Below, piece by piece: positions 19,588-28,056 of a DNA stretch of 64,000 nucleotides. Below the pieces are notes generated by a model. It was not told where the DNA came from. It saw only the letters and a program-made list of their open reading frames with translations, and searched no databases. The translations under genes were made by a program, and so were the position numbers. Source of the DNA: an uncultured Bacteroidota bacterium. GTDB lineage: Bacteria; Bacteroidota; Bacteroidia; 2-12-FULL-35-15. How positions within the stretch are numbered: the stretch's first letter is position 1; each line of letters opens with the position of its first letter. The stretch is taken from NCBI GenBank assembly GCA_903926385.1, contig CAIYIS010000007.1:71614-135613 (forward strand), written 5' to 3'.

Positions 19588-19624
19588 ACTGGAAATTACC
19601 TGTTTCAAAAAAGTAGAATTACTT

Positions 19625-21964
19625 TTAATTAATAAACAGAATTTTTGAGACACATTTTTGACTGCCATCAACACTTGTGCAGAATACCATGTAAACTCCG
19701 GTACTCACTCTTTCCCCTTTAAAATTGGTGCCGTACCATAATGCCTGACCTCCTTCTGAAGTAGTTTCATACACTAGTGTACCACTTATATCCGTAATTT
19801 TTACAGTTGAACTTTCAGACATTCCTTTGATTGCAATTGGTCCTGTATAATCTGGTTTTACTGGATTCGGAAACGCATACATACCGCTACAATCGTCATT
19901 GCTTTCGGTTGCAGAACCTCTGAATTCGATTATTCCTTTCGCCGTTCCAAAAAACACTTCACCTGTTTTATGGTTAATGGCAATTGTTCTAACATCATTA
20001 CTGAAAAGCGGACTGTTGTTCTCATCAAAATGATAGATTTGCTGTGTTCCGTCAGCTGACATTAAAAATACACCAGAATTGGCGGTTGCAATCCATTTTC
20101 TATTGGCATCATCCACAGCAATAGCCTGAACCAACTCTGTAAGTAATAAAATTTGAACATGCCCATCTTGAGTTAATAATATTTGCTGTGAATCAAAATT
20201 CTGACCAGAGACAAATGCATTTTCAGGAGAATAAAATACAGAAATACCCTTATCCGTTCCAACCCAAATTTCTCCATTTTTATCTTCTGCCATACAATAA
20301 ACATTTACACTTGGCAAAGCTCCGTTTCCTGAAGCTGATGTTAGGATTTTAGTATTTGCAGAGGAGGCGGTAGAATAATTTCCCGATGCGCATACCATCA
20401 TTCCTTTTCCCTGCAATGCAACCCATTTTTGATCATTTTTATCAATTAGTACTTGCCTTACATAGGCTCCACCTGCACCAATCATACTAGTGAAATCGAT
20501 AGCAGACCAAGTTCCTGATGAAGATTTTTTAACCAAACAATGCGGTACAGATGAATTACCAACCCACAAAGTTCCGTTAGCATCCATTGCCATGCCATCG
20601 GTCTTAATAGACCCAGCAACGCCTAATGTGCTGTTGGTATTGTTATAATATTTTACCGGAATATTATTGTAAAGTTCAATCACTCCATGTTCCCATGAAG
20701 AAGCAAAGCCATGTTTTTCATCTGCTGGATCAACTAAAGTATTGACCAAATCTAATAGTGTGTCAAAGCCAACTACGCTAGGGTAAGCTCCTTTTAAGTT
20801 AGTCCATGTATTATCCTTGTATGTATATATTTCGGCAGCCCTCCAAAGCCCATATGCACTCACATCGTATCCTCCAGGAACAACCAATAGGTTTCCTCCA
20901 GAACAACTCATCCCAAATGTTTTTTCGCTTGCAGGCCCATTAGGGTAATGATATTCTGAACCATAAGAATGTCTCCATGACACCAAACCATTGTTTCCAT
21001 CAGCAATCCACATATCTCCATTGGAATCATAGGCCGCACTATTTGCGTCGGTAACATAACTAGAAGGGCCTCCAAAAAACCATGAAGAATAGGCTGTTGA
21101 ACCAATAATTGAGTCGTACAAGGCAGCAGAACCCATCATAACTACTCCTAACTTATTGTTAAATACTCTTAATTGACGAACTGTATAGCCTGATGACTGG
21201 AACCATGGATTCCAAGAAGTATCTACGGGATTATAAACACTTATTAAATCCTGAAAAATCACTCCATTTTCTAAAAATTTTGAGCGATTAACATAAATTT
21301 TTCCTTGGAAGGCGGCAATTGTGCTGTATTTACCAGTAGGCAAATTTTGAACTCGATGCCAGTTGTTGAAATCAGCTAAGTTGGTGTTTTGAAAAAAGGC
21401 TTTGTAAACCCCAACTTCAGTAGCAACGTAAAAATAAGTGTCATCTGAAGTGATATCATATACTTTCATGGCATTTCCGTTTGTTCCAATATAGTAGGTA
21501 TCCGAGACTTCCATTCTATACATGTCGATAACCACAATACCAAACCCGCAAGCCAGATATGCAAATTGGTTCGAAAAATAAACATTGTAAATATGTTTAT
21601 CTCCAATTATGTTTTTGCGTTTGATATCCGAAATATTAATGATTGAATTGGAATTGTCAATGATATCGATGTTGGAATTTTCATAACAAATGATGGCCTT
21701 GTTCACGGTATGATTAAATCCAACCACCTTACCTTGCACATCTGATAGGCCGTTTATTTTTGATAAACGATCCATGGAATTGTCGCCTTTATTGAAGGCA
21801 AATATTCCGCTTTTGGTAACGCAATATACTTTTCCGTTTCCTTCGGCCACAGCCACTCCGCTCTTATACGAAAGGTGGTCAGCCCAATGAAAGATGGGTA
21901 CATTTTGGGCTATTCCAAAAGTGATGACGAACTGAACAGAAATTAATAAAATTATATTTTTCAT
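19625..21964 (-). CDS. PorZ-like T9SS protein: two-component-regulator propeller repeats plus T9SS type A CTD
   Basis: 779 aa with a signal peptide and repeated Reg_prop-like blades (..NGEIWVGTDKGISVF.., ..NRKWIATANSGVFLM..). The C-terminal YAFPNPV...GVYMV sorting domain and the size match P. gingivalis PorZ. Confidence 0.55.
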   Translation of the reverse strand: MKNIILLISVQFVITFGIAQNVPIFHWADHLSYKSGVAVAEGNGKVYCVTKSGIFAFNKGDNSMDRLSKINGLSDVQGKVVGFNHTVNKAIICYENSNIDIIDNSNSIINISDIKRKNIIGDKHIYNVYFSNQFAYLACGFGIVVIDMYRMEVSDTYYIGTNGNAMKVYDITSDDTYFYVATEVGVYKAFFQNTNLADFNNWHRVQNLPTGKYSTIAAFQGKIYVNRSKFLENGVIFQDLISVYNPVDTSWNPWFQSSGYTVRQLRVFNNKLGVVMMGSAALYDSIIGSTAYSSWFFGGPSSYVTDANSAAYDSNGDMWIADGNNGLVSWRHSYGSEYHYPNGPASEKTFGMSCSGGNLLVVPGGYDVSAYGLWRAAEIYTYKDNTWTNLKGAYPSVVGFDTLLDLVNTLVDPADEKHGFASSWEHGVIELYNNIPVKYYNNTNSTLGVAGSIKTDGMAMDANGTLWVGNSSVPHCLVKKSSSGTWSAIDFTSMIGAGGAYVRQVLIDKNDQKWVALQGKGMMVCASGNYSTASSANTKILTSASGNGALPSVNVYCMAEDKNGEIWVGTDKGISVFYSPENAFVSGQNFDSQQILLTQDGHVQILLLTELVQAIAVDDANRKWIATANSGVFLMSADGTQQIYHFDENNSPLFSNDVRTIAINHKTGEVFFGTAKGIIEFRGSATESNDDCSGMYAFPNPVKPDYTGPIAIKGMSESSTVKITDISGTLVYETTSEGGQALWYGTNFKGERVSTGVYMVFCTSVDGSQKCVSKILFIN

Positions 21965-22141
21965 AGATAATTACACATAAGGTTACAATACTAACAAAAA
22001 ACTTCACGTATTATTGCGTAAACTTAAAAATATTTTTTCGAAATCGACTTTAGAATAATCATCATTTGTTGTATTTTTTTGATTCTTCTTTAATGAATTC
22101 CAATACTCATTACTTAATTTATATCTTTGCGCCCATTCAAA

Positions 22142-22215
22142 GGCTTCGTAGTTCAACTGGATAGAATGGCAGATTCCGGTTCTGCAGGTTGGAGGTTCGA
22201 ATCCTCTCGAGGTCA
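22142..22215 (+). tRNA. tRNA-Arg (anticodon CCG)
   Basis: Hand-folded cloverleaf: D-arm GTTC/GAAT, perfect anticodon stem GCAGA/TCTGC with loop TTCCGGT, T-arm GGAGG-TTCGAAT-CCTCT. The acceptor GGCTTCG/CGAGGTC has two G-T wobbles and CCA is not encoded. The six-frame GFEPP ORF at 22004-22228 is the usual tRNA artefact. Confidence 0.6.
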
Positions 22216-22293
22216 CTAAATAATCCAATAGGATAAAATGGATGGAGATAGTTCTGGTTTTCGAATTATCTACTACTTATTCCAACAATGGAA

Positions 22294-23337
22294 TTAAAAA
22301 GTTACCGCTACTTCCTTTATATTATTGTAAGTAATCTTAGAAATCGCATTCAGTACATCAGGCAGTTTTTTTACATCTTTTCCTTGTGTCATTACTGTGA
22401 GTAGATATGGTGTTTGGTCAAGATAAACAATGCCCGATTCGGATAATTGATGAATTTCTGGATTGTTTCGGTCTCCCCACTCTCCAAATTTATGAGCTAA
22501 CAGGATGCTATTAGGAAGGCCGCTTTGAATTCCGTCTTTAAAGTCGCATTCGGTTAATAATTCAGCAATGAACTCTGAATCTTCTGTTTTCAAGTATCCC
22601 GAATTGTAAACTACTTTTAGAAAAGCGGAATAATCTTTGGCCGAAATCTGATAATTGATATCATGTACATCGGGCACAACTAACCCAAAATCGGAAAACA
22701 TTTTTTTGAATGCATCCAAATCAACATTGTTATTTAAAATAAAAGTTGCGTTGTTATCCGAATAAGCAATCATGTATTTGAGCAATTCTTTTATGGAATA
22801 GGTTCTTCCCGGAACAATCTGATTGGAATTGTACGTTTGCTGAGGCACTCCGCTTTTTGGTAAATTAAAAACTAATTTTTTGTTCAATATTCCCGGATTT
22901 CGTTCTTCCATTTTTAAATAGGTGATGAGTATTGGCAGTTTGATGAGAGAACCTGGATGAAACATAGCGTTTTCATTTATACTTATAAAATCACCTTTGC
23001 CAAATACTCTAATGTAAACCGAAGCATTGTCGAGTATTCCGTTTTGTTTGAATCTAGATATTGCGTCTTGTAACTCTATTTTTAATCCTTTGTAGTTACC
23101 CGATTCACAGGTTTTATCGGCAAACAATAAAGGGTTGATTAATTTAAACCCTTGTAATCTTTGGGCAGTTAATTCGCATGAAGAACCTGATGATTGAACG
23201 GTTTCAGGTATGGAAGTAACGGAGGCTGCATGGAGATTTGATTTCTTGTAGGCCTTATAACAAATAGCAAACGTAACTATACTAGAAGCTACAGAAGCTA
23301 CTAATAGCCCTTTTATCGTTACTTTTTTATTTAACAT
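22294..23337 (-). CDS. class A beta-lactamase-like serine hydrolase, secreted
   Basis: SxxK (SLIK), SDN (YSDNNA) and a KTG-like KFG motif in the correct order and spacing; N-terminal signal/anchor. Confidence 0.6.
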   Translation of the reverse strand: MLNKKVTIKGLLVASVASSIVTFAICYKAYKKSNLHAASVTSIPETVQSSGSSCELTAQRLQGFKLINPLLFADKTCESGNYKGLKIELQDAISRFKQNGILDNASVYIRVFGKGDFISINENAMFHPGSLIKLPILITYLKMEERNPGILNKKLVFNLPKSGVPQQTYNSNQIVPGRTYSIKELLKYMIAYSDNNATFILNNNVDLDAFKKMFSDFGLVVPDVHDINYQISAKDYSAFLKVVYNSGYLKTEDSEFIAELLTECDFKDGIQSGLPNSILLAHKFGEWGDRNNPEIHQLSESGIVYLDQTPYLLTVMTQGKDVKKLPDVLNAISKITYNNIKEVAVTF

Positions 23338-23454
23338 TTTTATTTAGTTTTGTTATAGGGAGGCGAATGTAGAAACAATATTCAGTAGTTAGCGTATAAG
23401 TAGGTATAAAGGGTATTCTCGTAGACGAACATGGCTTTTGCTTAAGTATAATAG

Positions 23455-23495
23455 ATAAAAAAAGTCCTGTTATTTATTTATAACAGGACTTTTCT
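23455..23495 (-). terminator. bidirectional hairpin terminator downstream of hppA
   Basis: AGTCCTGTTAT-ttattt-ATAACAGGACT 11-bp stem flanked by A7 and T4. Confidence 0.55.
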
Positions 23496-23513
23496 ATTTT
23501 ATACTTAAAAAGA

Positions 23514-26117
23514 CTAGTGTTTCTCAGCACAAACTGATCCGCAGCTTTTCATACATTCTTCTTTTGTTTTGCAACCTTTGGTGCAACCTTCCATACATGC
23601 ACTTTCTTTTTTGTTTCCACATGCTGCTCCTTCTTTTTTATCGCAACAAGCTTTTGCTCCAGCGTTGCATATCTTTTTACATTCTGTGCAACCTTTTGCT
23701 TCGCACTCTACGTGGCATTTCCCAAAACATCCTTTTTCGCAAGCTATTCCTTTTTCTTTGCATTTATCCATGCACTCTTGAGAACAATCTGTCATTCCGG
23801 CATGTTCCATACACATTGCTTTTTCGTCAGGCGAGCATTTCATCGAATCGCAATATGCTGCACATTCTTCTATTGTCATTTGTGCACATTTGCTCATGTC
23901 GCATTTCATTTCCATTGCACCTGCACAACATTCTTTTTTCATTCCGCTGCACTCTCCGCCTTCTGTTGCACCTGCTACAGGAGCCATTGAAATGTATGGA
24001 GCAATTACCAACGAAACAATAGACATTAATTTGATAAGAATATTCATTGACGGGCCTGATGTATCTTTAAACGGGTCTCCAACTGTATCACCGGTAACAG
24101 ATGCTTTGTGTGGCTCTGATTTTTTGTAATACATTTCTCCGTTTATCATTACTCCTTTTTCGAATGATTTTTTAGCGTTATCCCAAGCACCTCCGGCATT
24201 GTTCTGGAAAATTCCCATCAATACACCCGAAACAGTAACACCGGCTAATAAGCCTCCTAATACTTCAGGGCCGAATGCAAATCCAACAATAAGTGGAGTG
24301 ATTAACGCAATGGCTCCCGGAAGCATCATTTCGCGGATAGATGCTTTGGTAGATATTTCCACACATTTTTCGTATTCAGGTTTTGCTTTGTATTCCATTA
24401 TTCCAGGAATTTCTCTGAATTGTCTTCTCACTTCGTTCACCATATCCATTGCTGCACGACCTACTGCTGCAATAGCCAATGAGGAGAAAATAAACGGAAT
24501 CATTGCTCCAACAAATAATCCGGCCAAAACATTGGCTTTGTAAATATCGATGGCGCTAATTCCGGCCACTCCAACAAATGCGGCAAACAATGCCAAAGCA
24601 GTTAACGCTGCCGAAGCTATCGCAAATCCTTTTCCGGCTGCAGCTGTGGTATTTCCTACTGCATCCAAATTATCGGTGCGCTCTCTAACTTCAGGTGGCA
24701 ATTGGCTCATTTCGGCTATACCACCTGCGTTATCAGCGATAGGGCCGAAAGCATCAATGGCTAATTGCATTGCTGTAGTAGCCATCATTCCGGCTGCAGC
24801 TATTGCCACCCCGTATAAACCCGCAAAATGATATGATATCATTATACCTCCTGCTAATGTCAAAATAGGAATAACTGTAGATTCCATACCTACCGAAAGT
24901 CCTCCGATAATATTAGTAGCATGTCCGGTTGCTGATTTCTGAATAATACTGTTTACCGGACGTTTGCCCATAGCTGTATAATACTCCGTAACGATACTCA
25001 TGATGGTTCCTACCACAAGTCCAACCATGATAGAAATAAATACATTGATATTAGTAAAATCATATCCTCTCAAATTCATATTAACCGGCAACATGTACAT
25101 TACCACAAAATAACTGGCAATAGCCGTTAAAATGATAGACGACCAGTTACCCAAATTCAAAGCTTTCTGAACACTGTCTTTTTCTCCTCTAATCTGAACA
25201 AAGAAAGTTCCGATAATGGAGAAAACAATACCTAAACCGCAAATAACCATTGGCAGCAATACCGGTGAGAAACCATTGAAACCGTCAATTGCAACACCGT
25301 TTTCTTTTGGCATTACAATTTCTTGTCCAAGGACCATTGTAGCCAAAATAGTAGCCACATACGAACCAAATAAGTCGGCACCCATACCAGCCACATCACC
25401 TACATTGTCTCCTACGTTATCAGCTATAGTGGCAGGGTTACGCACATCGTCTTCGGGAATTCCTGCTTCTACTTTACCCACTAAGTCTGCTCCCACATCG
25501 GCTGCTTTGGTGTAAATACCTCCACCCACACGGGCAAACAAAGCGATTGACTCAGCTCCTAATGAGAAACCGGTTAATACTTCGATAGCAGTGCGCATTT
25601 GCTCACTGTCCACATCCACTACATTAAATATTTTAAGGAAAATGATAAACAAACCACCTAATCCAAATACGGCTAATCCGGCCACACCTAATCCCATTAC
25701 AGTTCCTCCTGTAAACGATACTTTAAGGGCTTTTGCCAAACTGGTACGAGCAGCCTGTGTGGTACGAACGTTGGCTTTGGTAGCCACTTTCATTCCTATG
25801 TATCCGGCTGTAGCCGAAAATACTGCTCCTATAATAAAGGCAACGGCAATAATCCAGCTGGAGTGGATAGGATGACCATGTATTTCGTGTACAGTACCCG
25901 AAAAGGCCAGTAATGCCGCGGCAAAAATTACAAATATGCTCAATACTCTCCATTCGGCTTTCAAAAAGGCCATAGCTCCTTTGGCTATGTAGCCAGCAAG
26001 TTCTTGCATATTGGCATCTCCTGCATCCTGTTTGCTTACCCAGGCCGACTTCACTGCCATTACTATTAATCCTAAAATCCCGAAGAGGGGTGCTAAATAA
26101 ATAAAGTATTGATTCAT
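23514..26117 (-). CDS. hppA: membrane-bound H+-translocating pyrophosphatase (K+-stimulated type) with an unusual Cys-rich C-terminal extension
   Basis: Diagnostic DNVGDNVGD and [17 protein letters not shown] motifs; GNTTAA (Ala, not Lys) indicates the K+-dependent class. The last ~150 aa (from ..[13 protein letters not shown]) contain about 36 Cys plus many Met/Lys/Glu, unlike normal H+-PPases. Confidence 0.9.
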   Translation of the reverse strand: MNQYFIYLAPLFGILGLIVMAVKSAWVSKQDAGDANMQELAGYIAKGAMAFLKAEWRVLSIFVIFAAALLAFSGTVHEIHGHPIHSSWIIAVAFIIGAVFSATAGYIGMKVATKANVRTTQAARTSLAKALKVSFTGGTVMGLGVAGLAVFGLGGLFIIFLKIFNVVDVDSEQMRTAIEVLTGFSLGAESIALFARVGGGIYTKAADVGADLVGKVEAGIPEDDVRNPATIADNVGDNVGDVAGMGADLFGSYVATILATMVLGQEIVMPKENGVAIDGFNGFSPVLLPMVICGLGIVFSIIGTFFVQIRGEKDSVQKALNLGNWSSIILTAIASYFVVMYMLPVNMNLRGYDFTNINVFISIMVGLVVGTIMSIVTEYYTAMGKRPVNSIIQKSATGHATNIIGGLSVGMESTVIPILTLAGGIMISYHFAGLYGVAIAAAGMMATTAMQLAIDAFGPIADNAGGIAEMSQLPPEVRERTDNLDAVGNTTAAAGKGFAIASAALTALALFAAFVGVAGISAIDIYKANVLAGLFVGAMIPFIFSSLAIAAVGRAAMDMVNEVRRQFREIPGIMEYKAKPEYEKCVEISTKASIREMMLPGAIALITPLIVGFAFGPEVLGGLLAGVTVSGVLMGIFQNNAGGAWDNAKKSFEKGVMINGEMYYKKSEPHKASVTGDTVGDPFKDTSGPSMNILIKLMSIVSLVIAPYISMAPVAGATEGGECSGMKKECCAGAMEMKCDMSKCAQMTIEECAAYCDSMKCSPDEKAMCMEHAGMTDCSQECMDKCKEKGIACEKGCFGKCHVECEAKGCTECKKICNAGAKACCDKKEGAACGNKKESACMEGCTKGCKTKEECMKSCGSVCAEKH

Positions 26118-26159
26118 TTTTTAATTAATTATTTTTTCCTTTTGTTTCTATTATAATTC

Positions 26160-26195
26160 TTTCCCTTTTTTAAAAGGGGTGCAAAACTATACAAA
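26160..26195 (-). promoter_or_regulatory. putative Bacteroidota promoter for hppA (-7 TAGTTTTG followed by GCACCCC)
   Basis: The minus strand reads TATAGTTTTGCACCCC. The same TTTGCACCCC context precedes the dehydrogenase gene at 54690-54715. Confidence 0.3.
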
Positions 26196-26544
26196 TTATC
26201 CTAATTAGCAAAAAGAGATTTTACCTTATACGGTAATTTTTATAGAAATCAATAATTTCGGAGGGGAGAAGAGTCGATTGAAAGTTGAAATGTTGGAAGT
26301 TTCAGGTATTAGGTTGTCATTATGAGCGCAGCAATTTCCATATTATCATTATTCAATAAACCTACTATTTATATTGCGTAAAATACGACAATAAAAGTCC
26401 GAATATTTCTGAACGGAGGTAATTGTTGCGGTTGGAAGTTAAAAGCAGGGGAATTAGAAATTTTAAGCACCGATATGAAGAGGGAGTTTGACAATTGGGG
26501 CATTCCGTTTCGGGACTTCTGTAATTATATTACATTTTCTTATC

Positions 26545-26780
26545 TTTAGTTTATAAATTCGTGTCTTGAGTTAATCAATTCGTGTCTCCAGATTATAAAT
26601 TCTTGTTTCCAGATTATAAATTCGTGACTTGAGGTAATCAATTCGTGTATTCAGTTTATGAATTCGTGTCTCCGGATTATAAATTCGTGTCTTGAGGTAA
26701 TCAATTCGTGTCTTCAGTTTATTAATTCGTGTCTCCAGATTACAAATTCGTGTCTCTAGTTTATGAATTCGTGCCAAGGT
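26545..26780. repeat. tandem array of about 11 copies of a 21-bp unit (consensus ATnAATTCGTGTCTCCAGATT)
   Basis: Direct reading: an invariant AATTCGTGTCT core with a variable 3' half. It lies in a 1.3-kb gene-free region upstream of hppA. There are no unique spacers, so it is not CRISPR. Confidence 0.85.
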
Positions 26781-27040
26781 ATTTGAGGGTTGGTTTGTTG
26801 ATTTGTTGGTTTGGTCTGTTGTGTTTTTAGCCTTGGTAATTGAAGAAATTGGGTTTTTATACTGGAAAATGTAAAATTTGTTAGGTGTTTTTCAAGAAAT
26901 CGGTGGGTTTTTTAAAATTAGGGATGTGGTGTTAGTAGGAAGGAGAGGTTTGACGATTGTTTCGGTGGGCACATACATTGTATGTAGGAAGAAAATCTTC
27001 TAACTCAGAAACGAGATAGTTGGGAGGGAAAAATGTAGGG

Positions 27041-27296
27041 TAACAAAGAGCGATGCGATGACTAACTGCACCCGACCCGTGCGAAGTATCCTTTTTTTGG
27101 TTCGATGGAGAAGTAGGGAATAACCCTTCGACAGGCTCAGGGTGACGAGAAAGCTCATGATGACTGAGAAAAAGATACCGTGCGAGGGCGGGAGAGAGGA
27201 CTACGAAGGGAGATAAAGGATGGTGCCCTAACGATTGTTGATTGGCGATTGGTTATTGAGCATTAGAGATTGCTTGGCTGCGCTCGCAATGACAAA
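27041..27296 (-). repeat. dispersed ~250-bp repeat element, copy C
   Basis: Shares both ends with copy B (GACTAACTGCACCCGA... and GGGAGAGAGGACTACGAAGGGAGATAAAGGATGGTGCCCTAACGATTG...GCTCGCAATGACA) but has a divergent or inserted middle. Confidence 0.55.
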
Positions 27297-27408
27297 CTCA
27301 AACTTTAGCTAAGATATGAGCAATGCTATGTTAAAATTGCATTGAAAGGAGAGGTAAATCATTATTAAAATCAATTTATCTTTGCTTTCGATGTGCTAAA
27401 ATGGCTAA

Positions 27409-28044
27409 ATGAAAAGGGTGTTTTTTTGGGTATGTATTCTTATGGGTAAGGTGGGCAGTGCTCAGGTAAACGATAAGTTGCCTGCTGCAAATGTTTTCAA
27501 AATTGGAAACTACACGGTAACCATGAAAAATTCTTTTGAGTTTTACTCGGTAGATAAACAGAGTAACGATACGCTATTAATCGAAATTTGCTCGAATAAT
27601 ATGTTCGCTCCTTTTGGTGTGTTTAAAGATACCAATGCTATTAAACAAAGCCAGCTAAAAAATTACCGAATGAGAAACCGAATTGGTACAGGCGAAGATG
27701 CTCATCTGGTGCAAACCACCCTTACTAGCGACACGAATAATTTGGAATATTATTTTTTTAGCAATGCAGAAACAGCAGCTCATTCTTATATAATAAGAGG
27801 AAATATTTTTGATCCTAAGCTCAAAATTTTTAATACCATTCAGCTTGGCGTTGATAAAAAGACTTTTTACGATACCTTTTTTATTTCGTATCCGCAGGCT
27901 TTGGAATCGAATTTTAATTATGTTATACTTCAAACATGTGTATTTGGTATTCAACATATTTATCGATTTGAGAAAAATAAGTTGTATTCGGTGCGGTTTC
28001 GCTGCCCCAATTGTGTGGGGGTAAAACGAATTGACAAATATTAA
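27409..28044 (+). CDS. hypothetical secreted protein
   Basis: Signal peptide MKRVFFWVCILMGKVGSAQ; no recognisable motifs. Confidence 0.5.
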   Translation: MKRVFFWVCILMGKVGSAQVNDKLPAANVFKIGNYTVTMKNSFEFYSVDKQSNDTLLIEICSNNMFAPFGVFKDTNAIKQSQLKNYRMRNRIGTGEDAHLVQTTLTSDTNNLEYYFFSNAETAAHSYIIRGNIFDPKLKIFNTIQLGVDKKTFYDTFFISYPQALESNFNYVILQTCVFGIQHIYRFEKNKLYSVRFRCPNCVGVKRIDKY

Positions 28045-28056
28045 GAGGAGGAAGAA

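Noticed and set aside
22004-22228. 74-aa minus-strand ORF containing GFEPPTCRTGICHSIQLNYEAF
   Set aside because: This is the classic translation artefact of a tRNA gene (GGTTCGAATCC T-loop on the opposite strand). It was annotated as tRNA-Arg instead.
23564-25875. Plus-strand ORFs inside hppA (Pro/Ala/Thr-rich and His/Phe/Cys-rich)
   Set aside because: They are antisense to a strongly supported H+-PPase gene. Their low-complexity compositions mirror the Gly/Ala-rich sense strand.
26545-26780. Possible CRISPR array (also considered for 42690-42960 and 55720-55990)
   Set aside because: The units are 21-22 bp with no unique spacers between them, so each is a pure tandem repeat. No cas genes lie nearby.
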